NCBI GenBank assembly: GCA_951406725.2
Contig: OX597819.1
Coordinates: forward strand, 107,260,001-107,324,000
Reading direction: 5' to 3'
From: Octopus vulgaris
Lineage: Eukaryota
Length of the DNA stretch: 64,000 nucleotides
Each line of letters starts with the position of its first letter. The stretch's first letter is position 1. The notes under the pieces were generated by a model. It was given only the letters and a program-made list of their open reading frames with translations, was not told the origin of the DNA and did not search any database. Shown here in pieces: positions 26,185 through 40,697 of the stretch. The translations under genes were made by a program, and so were the position numbers.

Positions 26185-27000
26185 ATTTAAGACTAATAAA
26201 AAGGAATTTTGACATATGCCTGCAAGAAAAAACATTTTCATCTTCCGAATTTACAAGAAAACCGTTCATTTTCATTATTTTGTAACTTTCTCCTTGGCAT
26301 AATTTGCAGATATTCTTATTATGTCTATTAGATGGAGCTGAAGAGAGTATTTTCCAAGAAATCGAATAATCTGTATTGTTTCTTTTCCTTTTTTGATAGA
26401 ACTGTGATATTTTTTTCTAGGGCATTAAAGGATGATCTATGATTATTTTATCTTAATTTGAATGTATTTTGTGTACATCCGATGTAAGGAAATTTAGAGA
26501 GGTTATGGGTAGCAATTGTTGCTTGGTATACATCTTTCATTTTACGGTTACCATCTACCTCACAAGTATTCGGGTTTCTACAATTACAAGTAGAATTATT
26601 AGTTGGTACACTGTATTGTTATGTCTATATGTATTAGGAATAATTGAGGTTTGGTTATTCTGATACTTGTTGTTATTAAATATGAAATTATAGGAGTTAG
26701 TATATGTATTAGAAGGATTTTTTTTTTATTTACAGAATTGGTCTTGTTTCCTATTGTTAAATGAAGAGATGATCCGAAATAGGTTTGGAGATACTGAAAA
26801 TCCAAATCTGATCATTTTGCTATAAAATATTTTTGCATATTTGGAGGTTTTAAAGTTGTTTTTTTTTTTAATAAAGTTCGTAATGGATTTAATAATATTA
26901 GATTTTAGATAATTTGTAAAAGGAATTATGATCCAAATGATGTCATTGCTGTTTTTCTTATTTATCGTAGTGGTTTACATTTTGTGGGTCATCTGATCTT
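26185..27000 (-). mobile_element. Penelope-like element (Neptune-type): linker plus GIY-YIG endonuclease, degenerate
   Basis: The minus strand gives DIIWIIIPF...KYAKIF...GFSVSPNLFRIISSFN, CNCRNPNTCEVDGN, VYQATI, PYIGCTQNTFKLR*NNHRSSF, YSISWKILSSA, CKLCQGE and SCRHMSKF. Confidence 0.85.
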
Positions 27001-27329
27001 ACATATGGTATAGGTTTCATTTTTTCTATATTATTCGTAACTTTATTAATATGATTTATGCGGTTATGTGAATTATTAGAAGATCACACGCAAGATTGGT
27101 AATTTATGTATCAATCACAAAAGAAAGGATGGAATATTTGCCAAGACGACTCTTGAAATCAAGGAAATATGACGAAAAAACACTAAAAAAGAATTGTTTC
27201 GGACTCTATTATTTCGCCGCCGCGCGGGATATATTTTCGACTTAGTTGTAGTGTTGTTCCTACCTTCGTAATACAATATATAATGTATACTTGAAGTATA
27301 TGTATTGCACGGAATTTAATATATTAGGT

Positions 27330-27712
27330 GCCCGCAAACACACAGACATTCGCATACATAAATACACATGAATATACACGTGCATTTACGCGTGAATGTA
27401 TATATGCAGCAAAGAATTTCTCTTGGCAAACACACGAATTCATACTTCAGTCCCAATGCGCCTCATTTCAGACAAGTGTTTCTGCTACAACTATAGCTAC
27501 ATACACACGCACGTGCACAAGCACACACACACATACACACACACGCACACACAAACATGCACACACATACACGCACAAACCAACACATTCGCACCCACAC
27601 ACACACGAGACACACATACACAAATACACACACAGATATGCACACACATACACAGGCACACACACACGCTCACACCACACACCCATACACACACAGAAAC
27701 ATACAAACACCA
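27330..27712. repeat. Degenerate (CA)-rich cryptic microsatellite
   Basis: Directly visible. Confidence 0.85.
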
Positions 27713-27719
27713 ATACCTA

Positions 27720-27872
27720 TTTCTTTATTGCCAACAAGGGGCTAAACATAGAGGGGACAAACAAGGACAGACAGACGGATTAAGTCGATTACATCGACCC
27801 CAGTGCGTAACTAGTACTTAATTTATCGACCCCGAAAGGATGAAAAGCAAAGTCGACCTCGGCGGAATTTGA
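27720..27872 (-). mobile_element. SINE family B, well-preserved core
   Basis: The minus strand reads gttcaaattccgccgaggtcgactttgcttttcatcctttcggggtcgataaattaagtactag, a B box plus conserved core. Confidence 0.8.
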
Positions 27873-28695
27873 ACACTAATAACAACGCGCGCACAAACAC
27901 ACATACGCACACACAAACACACATATACAAATAAGCACATAAGTGCAAAACAAGGTGAGAAAATATCACTGGGATATCAAAAGGATAGGGCAAATTACTA
28001 CTACATTAACGCCGTGAAGAAAACTTCAGAAATAGTTACTCATAGTTTCACAAGACTCTTCGTCGGACAGTTATGATAGAACAGAGAAAGTTTTATCTGG
28101 CGTGGGGAGGGGGCGGTTGGGGGAGGGGAGCGGGTGGGGGAGGGGGAGGGGAGCGGGGGGAGGGGAGCGCGCGTGTGTGTGTATGAATATACGTATATAT
28201 GTATGTATGTACGTACCTATGTATGAATGGATGGAGTGATTGATGGACGCATGTATGTATGTATGTATATATACACAGATACACACATATCTTCACAGCT
28301 GGTGCAATGAAGTTTTCAATTTTGATAACGACTCTTATACTATAATATTCGTATCAGCTACTTTATTTACACAGTCATCACAACGATAGCAGCAAATTAT
28401 GTCTAACCAGCTTTTTAGACACTCTCAATCGTCCACTCACGCACACACACACACACACACACACAGACATACAAGCGCACAATCACACGTACCTCTCACC
28501 CCACATATGCGCACACATCTGCAACTAAATTCTACAGACGAAAAGCTGCGACCGATAATTTTAATTTTGATTGACTACTTATCTAGTGTTTAACAGAGTG
28601 AAAAGTAAAATAACATTTACCTTAATCTCTTTCTCCCCACTCTCTCTCTCCCCATCTCTATCTATCTCTCTATATATCTATCTATTTCTCTCTCT

Positions 28696-28808
28696 TTCTT
28701 CTTCTTCTTCTTCTTCTTCTTCTTCTTCTTCTTCTTCTTCTTCTTCTTCTTCTTCTTCTTCTTCTTCTTCTTCTTCTTCTTCTTCTTCTTCTTCTTCTTC
28801 TTCTTCTT
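28696..28808. repeat. (TTC)n microsatellite
   Basis: Directly visible. Confidence 0.97.
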
Positions 28809-29025
28809 CGTCTCTCCCTTTCTCTATTTACTTTCATTGTGTCACTATACATATTTCGCATCCTATCACACACTCTGTTAATTTTCTTATATCAAAGGAG
28901 GCCTAAACTATCTTGTTTCCACAACTAATTTTTTTGAATTTCTAAACTGCTTTCCTAATATCCGTTTAAATTAAAAGACGTATGTTCAAAGAGTAAAAAC
29001 ACGTGGCCACATACGTATACATACA

Positions 29026-29108
<83 letters not shown>

Positions 29109-29121
29109 ATATGTATATATG

Positions 29122-29153
<32 letters not shown>

Positions 29154-29874
29154 CACAGAGAGAGAAACACACACACACGTTTGTGTTCTTTTTTGTGTGT
29201 GTGTGCATGAACACACTCGCACATATATGGACAGGATGAACAATATCCAATTTCGGTTGGTCAATATCTTCATGATAAAACAGTACCCGACGTATTTGAA
29301 AGAAGAATATTTCATATTTTGTATTTCAGTAATTACTTGCAACTTGCGAGATATTTTGTGAGAAAACTGCGCTTCCACAGACATACACACGAACATGGAC
29401 ACATTCACCCTCCCACACACATATATCTACGCATGTATGTACGTGCGTGTTTATATATATATGTACATATATATGACCACAATAATTTTAAAACATCGTG
29501 TTAATGAAGTTTTACAGGCTTTTTTCTTTTGCATGTATATTTTTCTCTTAATTGTCTTTGAAGAAAAATTACAGGTCGAAAATAATTTGAAAACTGATAA
29601 GACTTAGAAACTGCATATAAGAAAATTTGATCAGCAGACATTCATTAAAGAAATATGAAGTGTTATAAATTACAAACAAAACAAACAGCAAAAGCAACAG
29701 CTTTGAAAGAAATCATTGGCTACTTTTGAGTCTTTTGCGAAACTAGAAATAGCAGTGGAACATTAATTACATTTAAATTCGTACACACGCACACCTCGTT
29801 TGCTGGATGGACGCATATATGGACGAACAGCCGGTAATTCGTACACACACACACACACACATCGTATACTGGTT

Positions 29875-30430
29875 TTAGCCAGGGTCTGAGACCATGCTGA
29901 AGAGTCACCTTTCAGTGTGTTTGGGTTTCCTTTCTGTACAATTTCAGGTGAAGAAGCGCATTGGGCGGAGCTGCTCTTCTTCGTGCCTCCTGCCACGATA
30001 TGCGTAGATCTGGTATTTCGGATATAAATTTGTCCAGACGTTGTTTAAAGACCTCCACGACTACACATCATTAATATTTCAAGTTGTTTGGTAAGATATT
30101 GAACAGTCGTGGATCCTTGAAAGGCAAGCTGTTAAAGCACTGTGACCTTATTCTGGAAGGAGAAGAAGGGATCTTTGCTTCTATCCATTGCCGTCTAGTT
30201 TGGTCGTTGGTGTATCTTTAAATTCCATAGTTAAGAGTTTGACCTTGCAGGATCTTCCATATGTATAGCATTGCATATATTTCAGGCTTTGTCTTTAGAG
30301 AGTAGTGCTTCAGTTCTTTTAACCTCCTCCAGTAGGTCATCTGTACCACCGAATTCTTTTTTGTGTAGTGGCAGTAGTTTGCCTTAAGTCCTACGACCAG
30401 TTTGATACTCTGCGGTGACAACAGCACTAC
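29875..30430 (-). mobile_element. CR1/L2-group LINE 3' end relic
   Basis: TYWRRLKELKHYSL...YAMLYIWKIL, DPRLFNILPNNL and FKQRLDKFISEIPD match the post-RT C-terminus of CR1-group LINEs. Confidence 0.75.
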
Positions 30431-31068
30431 AGACGATTGAGAGCATGCATATGCATGTCACACATACTTACATAAAAACATACACAAATACATGCATACA
30501 TACATGCACAAATACCTACATACATACATACATACATACATACATACATACATACATACATCTAAGTACCTCTGACTGTATATAGGTTAAACAGATATTG
30601 ATTTCAATTTTTCCTGTAAGGAAAACTATTGCTCGCTGGAAGAAATCGATGTTAAATCACCTCTATTCTGTAATGCACCAGGTAGCCCTTGTGTATTAAA
30701 ATGTTCGAAAAGGTTACCATAATTTACCGTAATTCAGATTAAGATTGACAGTTCCATACATTCATCTGTCCTGTAATTCAATATCAATATTAATAAACGT
30801 CATTATAACAGTGTTCACTTTCTCTCATAAACTGATATGAATATGCTAGACTATCAAACATTTAGAGCATACTATATCATTTATGTCAAATCAGTAGTCT
30901 AGAAATTCTAAATAATACGCAATTATTGGCCTAACGAGCCCATCTCTGACTTTCACAAGTTTGCAGCACATATTACATTATATGTCTGCATGTTTAGTTG
31001 CTTGTGCGTACGAATGTGTGTGTGTGTGTGTGCGCGTGAATGTATGTGTGTGTGTATATATGAATGTA

Positions 31069-31121
<53 letters not shown>

Positions 31122-31138
31122 CTATCTATCTCTCTCTC

Positions 31139-31170
<32 letters not shown>

Positions 31171-31944
31171 CACAAACGCCTGTCACACCCAGACACATAC
31201 AAACACACAGGCTTCAGCGTAGTAGATTCAATCTCATAACGTTTAGCTGACATGCCAACTTCATAACCACGCACTCGTGGCACTGTTCATATGTGTATTT
31301 ATGGGTGAATATGTATATAAATCTGAGATCGTGAGTGTACGCGAGTATGTCTGCCTGTATGCGTAATTTTACATAAACACCTATATATTTAGAATATTTG
31401 AATTAAATATGTATCTGTTCATATCCTATAATTTGATGTCAATATTAATTCACCTCATTAACTCAATAGTTTCTTTCTCTCCATGTAATAAAATTATGTC
31501 AAATTATTTAATTATCATTAATTAAATGATATTACTGCATTATAAGAGTATCAAACCAATTATTGTTTAAAAGCTGTCTTCTATTTAAATTTGCCTTTTA
31601 CTGCCGGAAATGGACAAAGTCTTCCTGTAAATAGAGTGAAAGAAATTTTGCTGCTAATAAATTTATTCAGAGCAATTTGTAACGAATCATTTAAACGCTA
31701 TCCATTTAAAAAGGTCTGTTAATTGTATGATTGTACACAACATACTGTCCACATAACCAACTAGGAAACACGGACTTATCGTCAAGCTGGAGATATGTGG
31801 AATGATATGTTTAATTATGTTGGGATATAAACATTGCCAGGTAGAACGAAGAATATTTAAAGTTCAATCGATTTATTTGGATTAAATAATGAAGTTTTGA
31901 CATGAGAAAGCAGAATGAATAACGCGGTGAAAGAAATGTTTTTT

Positions 31945-32345
31945 TTGGTATGACTGTCGGATCTTTATGTTCTCAGTTCAAAACCTGCCGGATTCAACTT
32001 TGCCTTTGGTCTTTCCAGAATGTATAAAATAAAGTCCTAATCATGTATTGAGTTTGATAGAATCAACAACCTCGCATCACTCAAAATTATTGTTCCTAAA
32101 TCAAAAGACATTATTATTACTATTCTCTTTTCAAAGCGGTGAGTTGGCAGAATTGTAACCATGCCGGACAAAATGATTAGCAACATATCTTGCGGCTTAT
32201 TTTCGTGTACAAATGCTACTCAGATCGACATTTTCTCTCATCCTGTTGAGGTCGATAAAAGAAGTACCAGCTGCAAATCGGATCCGATGTATTCGACTAA
32301 TCCCCAGCCTCTAAATTTACTGGCTTTATACCAAACTAGAAAGAA
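31945..32345 (+). mobile_element. Two tandem degenerate SINE family B copies
   Basis: gttctcagttcaaaacctgccggattcaactttgcc, then gcggtgagttggcagaattg...catcctgttgaggtcgataaaagaagtaccag. Confidence 0.65.
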
Positions 32346-33392
32346 GAATTATATCTTTTTCAATCACCAAAATAATTATACAGAGTTTCTTTTGTTTTCT
32401 TGTTGAGGGTGGGGCTGTGTTTTGCAGTTACCCACACCGGAGAGTGTCTTTTGAAGATTGAAAAGAGATGGTTTTAAATAATTCGGATTTGTTCAGCACA
32501 AGAAAGAAAAGTTATATGCATGCAACCTGTTTTTTACCTTCCAATAATAAATCGGTGAGAAAAATTCCGTTATAGGGACTGGATTCAATTATCTCTCAGC
32601 TTGAGAGCCCCTATACTGGGTGGTATTTACGAAAGTTACACATTCCTCCAAATAATAATGATATAAACAAGTATTATATTTGAACTTACTATGAAATGCA
32701 CTAATGCATATATATATATGTGTATGTATGTGTGTGTGTGTGAGTGTGTCTGTGTGTGTACACACATACACAAAGATTTAATTGCTCTCTCTCTCTCTCA
32801 CACAGATATACCTATAGATACATAGACAGAGAAAGAGAGATGTGTGTATGCATGTATGGAAGTATATACACACACAATCATGCATAAACAGGAGCATGTG
32901 GGTGTGTGTGTGTATGTATGTGTGCGTGTGTGCGCGCGCATGCGTGGAGCATCGGAAAATATTCGTATCAGCTACTTTATTTTTCTTGTAACATCATTTT
33001 ACTGAATTCTTTCTGTCGAAAAACAATTAGCATCTAAACCTATATCGTTTCGAACTACTTGAATATAATTAACTAATTATCGACCATTTTGCACAAAGAA
33101 AAAGCTGAAAAAATATGTCTGCAGATTAAGATAATTAAATTCTCTATAGAGAAATATGTTGTTTTGAATTGTTATTTATTTACTCGCCAGCAACAAGAAT
33201 ATTCCTCCTATAATTCTCTCACCTACAAATGATAAATAAATCAGCCCCACCCCACATATATATGTGCCAGAATATAGCAAACTACTCTAGATCATTGTTA
33301 GAATAGTGTCTTATGGCATCGAATCGTATTAGCTGTGATAATGAAGACTGGCTGATGTGTACTGGCACCGAGTCGTATTAATTGTAACAACG

Positions 33393-33616
33393 AACCAAGT
33401 AGTGATGTCAGAATTATTTAATACGTACGTTTCATGTTTGCGTAATATATGATACGGAAAGCATCCATAACGTAAACCTTTCTCAGTTAAACTGGTTCAA
33501 AATATCCTGAAAAGTTTTAACTGGAGAAGGTTTACTCAATGGCTACATTTCATAGTATAAATTATTCAAACATGAAACGAACGTATTAAATGATTTCTGA
33601 TTATCACTATTTGGTT
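33393..33616. mobile_element. Foldback / MITE-like imperfect inverted repeat (~100-bp arms)
   Basis: aaccaagtagtgat...tttaatacgtacgtttcatgtttg...gtaaacctttctcagttaaa pairs with ttaactggagaaggtttac...caaacatgaaacgaacgtattaaa...atcactatttggtt. Confidence 0.75.
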
Positions 33617-34153
33617 TGACTTCCTAGTCACTACACATTCTTTATTTTCTCTCCTTGTTTCTTTCTGTGCCAGAGATTATAAACACACAACTAGTAGGAA
33701 CTTATAAGCTACTCTGAATAAGAAGGGGAGATAATTTCGATATTATCATGCTACTGAAAACACAATGATGTTTTTCTTTTTATTGATTCTTCAGACAAAA
33801 GGACACCTATAAATACGTCGTTCTATATCAATGTAGATAAATAAGTCTCTCTACTTGATGGGCATCATTAGAACATCTACTACACATCTAACTTGAATCG
33901 TGCTAGTTATAAATGCTAGACATACACGAAAGAAAACATAGATCATTTACGGCTTAGGATAATTTGTAGAATTAGAACAAAAGTGAGTTAAATATCTCAA
34001 ATTGCCCTGTGGGATTAATTAAGTTAAGGAAAAGAAGTGTGTGTGTGCGCGCGTGTGTGTGTGAGTGCGCGTGTGAGTGTGAATGCGGGTGTATGTGTGG
34101 TTGCGGGCGCGCCATGTGACCATACGTGGCTGTATACTCTCTGTATGTGTGTG

Positions 34154-34199
<46 letters not shown>

Positions 34200-36169
34200 T
34201 GTGTACTTTAGTGTATGTATATGTCTATACTACGCATGATGAAAGTAATATTCCTTTCAAACAAAGACATGTTGCGGGAGTTGCTTCCTTTTGCAACCAG
34301 AGTGACCTGACGTTCGTTTCAAACAACATCGAGCAAAAATGTAAAAGGCAAGATACAAAAGATCGATTACTTTGACTCAAAAACATCTATGTCTTGTTCC
34401 ATAGGTCTTTAGTCAATTCCAGATTTCAGAAAAGACAAACAGGAATGAAAAACTTACTTTAAATGAGTAACCACATCCGTTATTTCTTTATACACTATCG
34501 CTTAATTCTATATTACGCTATATATTTGGTCTCATCGACATACCACTTACTCTATGAAGAGAACCCACGAAAATATCCTGCAGTGAGGTTCTAATAAGGC
34601 TGATCATGTCTCAGTCAGTGGTATAATGACACATTCATTAAACATAAAAAAATTATAATGCTACATCAGTTTTAAACATGAACAGCAGGCAACTAATATA
34701 TTCATGATAGCTTTATATTTTCTTTCTTTATCAAGTAAAACGTTTCCTGGCGATCGTACAGACCCAAAATAAGAATAACAGTGTCATAAAGACTAGACTT
34801 TTCTTTTCAATCTAGAAAATACTTCAGTTCTTTACTACTACAAACCCCTCGACTTAACTCAATCGAGACCAGATTTAAAGTACTACTCCCAAAACAGACA
34901 CACCCGATTGCATCTAAAGAACAGATTTGCGTGCCATCGCCCACCAAACTCAAAAATCTCTTGGCAAAGATGTGTTGTATTCTCTCCTATTTTTACACAA
35001 CAATGAAATCTGTTCCCCGTAGCTCTTCCTCGTAGGTCAAGGGTCTTCTCGTTTCCAACATTGTTTATGATAAGTGCCGGGATGTGTCAGCATGCAGAAG
35101 CAACGCCGTCTAAGTTGCGAGAGTAGTATTGTAAACTGCCTCTTGTCTGATATTTGTAGAAAGCTAGTAGTTGAATGGAGGTGGAAGCATTTTTTAGATT
35201 TGAAGACAGAATAATCTTTATTGCACAGTATTTGCTCTGTTACATTTGTGCGTTTGCTAGGAGACATCCTACTTGATAGAGTGGGTGAGGTAGGGAAATG
35301 TTTTCTTGATATAAATAGTGACTGTATCCTACAACTACCGATTAGCTGTAGTTTTAGCGGAACAGATATTATATTCGGCTAAGAGACTTTAAAGGTGGAT
35401 TATAACCTCTTCCTACACATTAAAACAATACAAAAAAACATGACATTTAAATTCTACGTAACAAAGTACTAAAATAGATCTTTTGATGGGAAACATTTTA
35501 TAATCAATTTAGGTAATTTTATTCTTGTCAACAGCTAACAGCTGTTAGGAAATAGCTCAAGTATCATTATAAACTTTTACAAATATCCAATCGATGCGAA
35601 ATATAGCTATTGTATACTTTTACATTTACCGATGCACACACCGAACATGCGTACACATAAGATACCAAGAACATTATCATAAAACGCATTCACAACACAG
35701 AGCCACATACGCTTACACACATTTTTACTATCGTTAGTTTTCGACTGACGCCATGCATGGATAGAATCTTCAAATATTTAGGAAATCAAATCGACAACAG
35801 ACAAACTGGTAATTATTTCATCGATCTCTATGATGCGTAGTTATGAGACACAAAGTAACTCAGCATAACATAAACATGAATTACATACATACCTATTTAG
35901 TCACATACATTCATTAACACATATACATAATACATAAGATCCCAAAAGTATCCAATATACTCAACGTAGAGACCAGCCCCATCTGCTCCTACACGTTCTA
36001 CTACCACCGGAAGCAATGACATAAATCACCAACCCAACTTCCTCAGTGCAACTGTAAGAATGAATAAAATCGTTCGAGGAACGATCCCACGAACTTACGG
36101 TCGGGCATACTACACCCTCAAAAGTAGGTTGCGCGCCTTCTGTTGTATATATATATATATATATTATAT

Positions 36170-36247
36170 TTTATTTGTTTCACTCATTGCACTGAGGCCA
36201 TGATGTGGCATCGACTAAAAGGATTTTAATAAAAAGAATCAACCCCA

Positions 36248-36309
<62 letters not shown>

Positions 36310-36480
36310 ATGTATATATACGCTAGGCTTTCACTCTCCGTCTACGAACCCCACCGAAAAGGTTTTGGTTAGCCCGATGCTATAGTGGAAGATTTATTAC
36401 CCAAGAGGACACATTGGAACTGAACTGGAACCATGTGGTTGAAAAGCAAACTTTTTACCACACAACCACAGCCGCGCCTA
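36170..36480 (-). mobile_element. SINE family A, degenerate, interrupted by microsatellite
   Basis: Head gaactggaaccatgtggttgaaaagcaaactttttaccacacaacc and tail region at 36170-36250. Confidence 0.7.
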
Positions 36481-38603
36481 ACATATATGTATGTATATTA
36501 TATAGATACATACAAACATGCACACACGCAAATATATATATATACATATATGCGTGTGTGCGTATAAGTATGTATGTATGTATGTACGTATATAAGTATG
36601 TATGTATGTGTGTATGTATGCATGTATGTATTTATGTATGTATGTATGTATGCATGTATGTAACAGAGAGCAAAATAGCAAATATTTCCATTATCTTAGG
36701 TATCGTTGATATCACCACTTCTCCTAACTGACCAGACAACGAAGGTTTTTTTGGAATTTTTCTGAGAATTTTCATATCTTGGCATATATACGAAGTTTGT
36801 TTGGACTGGAGACTCGAAATGCAACTGTTTTGTTTAAACCAGCGTAGCATTTGAAGAAACTTTCATTAATTTATTAAAATCAGCGCTTATTACCCATTGT
36901 CGTAGGAGATAAAAGATCCGTACTGTTCCCTAGTCTTTTCCTCGGCTGCTCTCCCTTTTTAAGAACGATCAACTTTCTGCATGCAGGGTTAATGCTTTTA
37001 CTGTCAAGGCAACCCTTCTTGATCACTTCAGTGATTGTCTTGATGACTAGATCATGTCTTCATTGATTGCATCTTTCACCCATACCTGTTTGGGAATCAT
37101 GGAATATTAAGGGCATGCGAGTGATTGCACTAAGCTCCGGGGAAATAAGCTTGGCGCGCTAAGCACGGCATCATAGATCTATCCTCTAATTCACAGAACA
37201 TGACCCGTGGTTGTGCTCGTGTGTGAGTTTGCATATGTACATACATATATGCATGTGTATGTGTGTGTGAGAGAGAGGGCGTGCGTGTGTAAGGGAGTGT
37301 GTTTGTATGAGTGTGAGTGCGTGTGTATGTGTATGTGTTTTTGTGTGCGTAGGTGTGCGTATGTGTGTAAATACACACAACCACTTATTGCCAGAATGTG
37401 TTTTTCATTCATTATTTTAATTAGTTTTCCTTAATGATTATCCTTATTTAAAATTTCACTCTACGTTGGCAAACAATTTGGTTTATTGACGTAACGGCGA
37501 TATTCGCTCACCTGGTGAAAATTGCACCCACATTTAATTGATTTATTAAATTTAAGATACCGTAACGAACATCAAATTTTTAAATATTGATGTTAAAGCC
37601 TCTTGAGTCGTTACCAAGAGCATCGGTAACACCTCCAGTATCTTGCTGTAGTCATCTACTGTCAAGTCAATTGTTTGTGTTCAACTTGATCAAAGTTGGT
37701 ACTTTTCACAGGAAAGGGCATTGGAGACCAGTGCGGAAATATAGAAAAATTTGGTTTCTATTTCTTTGTTAGCTCCCAATAGACAATTGTGGGAAATAAA
37801 TTAACCACATGATTGACATACCAGTCTAACACCCATAAATTATTAGTTAATTTCTCTCAGAAACTAGATTGTGGAATCTTATGCTGTCTCTTTAAAAGTA
37901 AAATTTTATTGTACTAAATTGTACGTTCGAAAAAAGATTTCTGATATTGAATCGTGTCGAATCTAGGGAAGTATGACTGTTGGCTGTTTATCCCACATAA
38001 GCAGGAACTGTTCCAAAGCGTTTAGATATATGGAGATTACTGCATTATTTCACAAAGGAAATTATATCTAATGCTGAATTAATTAAAGCTAAGTTTAAAT
38101 GCCATCGTAAAAGACATCGAGAATAACTTTAGTGAATTTACATTGGTTTGTACAAAGGAGAGTTTAATGCTTCAGTGCAGACACTTAATTGTCTTTTATT
38201 CTTCTTTTTACTGGATTCATTCATTATACTATGGCCATGCTGGAGCGCTAACTTCAGGTATTTTAGGCGATGATCTCGCTCACAAAATCATTTCACTTTG
38301 CTACTAGTTTTCACGATATGTTTCCAAACCAATCACATTTTTTTCGCAATACAAAGGCACAGCATACACATCGACTTTTTAGACAAAAGTAAACATAAAC
38401 ACACATATAGATATGCACAGACACATATACATATATTATCTAATACACACACATATATATATATATGTATATGTACATATGTATGTATGTTACAGGCGGG
38501 CAATTTAAACTGGTCGTGTGCATACGTGCATATATATATTTGTATGTATAAGTTCGCATATGTAAGTATTCGTATTTTAAATGTATATATATATATATAT
38601 ATA

Positions 38604-38662
<59 letters not shown>

Positions 38663-40447
38663 GTGTGTGTATTTATGTTACTATCTGTGTATATTCCACT
38701 GAAGTGGCAAAGCATTTCTTATGCAAAGTCAGAAATCCAGGATCAAGAATTATCCAGTAATTTTTTGCTAGTTCATCTTGCCCTTTTGTCTTCTCTCCTG
38801 GTGCGGTATAAACATTTAATGTGGTTTTAGAGTCAAGTTTTGGCTGCTATTTCAAGCGTGGAGGTATCTCTTAGATACCCTAAATTATAATATTAATAAT
38901 AATTATTATCTTTGAAGGTTCTTATTCCCATGCTGGCCACTTGATAAGATCGATAATTAAATTAACGATTTTATCCTTATGTATATATATGTCTGTTATG
39001 TATATATATGTCTGTTATGTATATATAATATGTAAACACAAACACACACACACTCACATACAGATAAATTACGCCTTAGCGCTTTAAACAAGTGTGACAG
39101 TCTCTAATACAGATTCCTTCCACCAAATTCTCCTGAAAGAATATTATTACTTTACATACTTTTCAAATTGAGACAAGAATAAAAAACATTCTCCAGTGGA
39201 TCCATTGCAGAAACACGTGACTGAGTAACTTTATACACAATATACATATGTGTGTGTATGTGTGTGTGTGTGTGGGGGGGTGTCTATGAGTGTGTGTGTG
39301 TGTGTATAACACTACAGTTATCGATATAACTGAGCGATAGGAAGCGACGCGTCAGCATTGCCCCAGCATGGCTGTATTAGAGATTAAAATATCATAGCCA
39401 TTGCACTAATAATTCTCTCCACTTATGTCTTGACACTGTATATTGTAAACCAACGTCTAATTAAAACAGTCAAAAGGTTTCTGTTCTATAGTACAAGAGC
39501 ACTTTTGTGATTTCGTTTTCATCGAAAATATCCTCTCTTGCTTTGTAATATGAAATTACATTGGTAAAATATCATTACATCTACATTCAATAGCAATGTA
39601 ATTTCAATTCAGCGATTTCATTTATGTAATTAATAACAGAAATGTAAAATTTGGGTGGAAAACAACATTTCTTTGCTTAGAAATACAGAAAAAATTTCAT
39701 CTGTGAATTAAATATTGATGTTTTTTCATAATCAATGATTTTCATTAAAAATTTCATTGTGTTGTATCTTGTAATTTGATACTTCTTACTCTGATATGAC
39801 CTGACCTCAAGTTCAAAAGCGCTCACTAATTTTTTACTGCTTAAGGGACCACTTGAGCCCTGATTGAGTAGATTTATAATTATATGCATTCCAGCCATCA
39901 CTTCTTGTTGTCTTATATTGAGATTATTATGAGGCTACATTATTCACTATTTTCCTTCACAAACACGGGTTAGTATAACTAAAATGAGAACCGGTTTCTA
40001 TATCTTGTTGGTCGAGCAACTATGTAAATATTCGCTTACTTGTATGGTAAGCAGTAACTCAGTAACTGTTGCGTTATTGCTCCTCTAATTCGTTACCTAG
40101 CAGACATGTTACCAAAAGCCTTCTAAATGACCACTGTATTTTTAATGCATAGCTAATCTGAGATTTATCACCGAACATGTACCTGTTTAAGAACTATAAG
40201 ATATATCTATATATATATGAATGAAGTTTGGCAGCTAGTCTTAACCAAGCAATCAACCACGTTGTAACTCACGTTAGCTGAAGCAACCGGCTGGTATTGG
40301 GAAATGTGTTAGTTATTCCCGCCCAAAACATGCGCTTTTCGTAGAAGGTGAAGGAAATACTCTCAGGAATAGCAGGAATTTCATTTCTATATCAGATTCT
40401 GTAGTATGATCAATTAATTCACATAATCTAGTGTTTATATATATATA

Positions 40448-40697
40448 CTAGCAGTATCGCCTGGCGTTGCTCGGGTTTGTAAGGGAAATAAATGTATAAG
40501 CAATTTTAGAGAGTTACTTCCCTTATATAATATCGAAAAAAATGCATTAAAAAAATGCGCTAATACCCAGAAGGGCTCGATATGAATCAGGACTATAAGA
40601 TACCCGGTTTTGGTTAAACTGCACCGCAAAATGTGGGAGTAGTTAGGAATCTAAATCGTAGGGGACAGACACACAACTTGACTTTTATATATAAAGA
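40448..40697 (-). mobile_element. Complete non-autonomous Helitron
   Basis: The minus strand begins A|TCTTTATATATAAAAG and ends with a subterminal hairpin plus CTAG|T. It is inserted at an A/T junction with no TSD. Confidence 0.88.

Noticed and set aside
26338-26365. CTGAAGA...GAAA hammerhead-like string
   Set aside because: There are no convincing stems, and it is the antisense of PLE coding sequence (ISWKILSSA).
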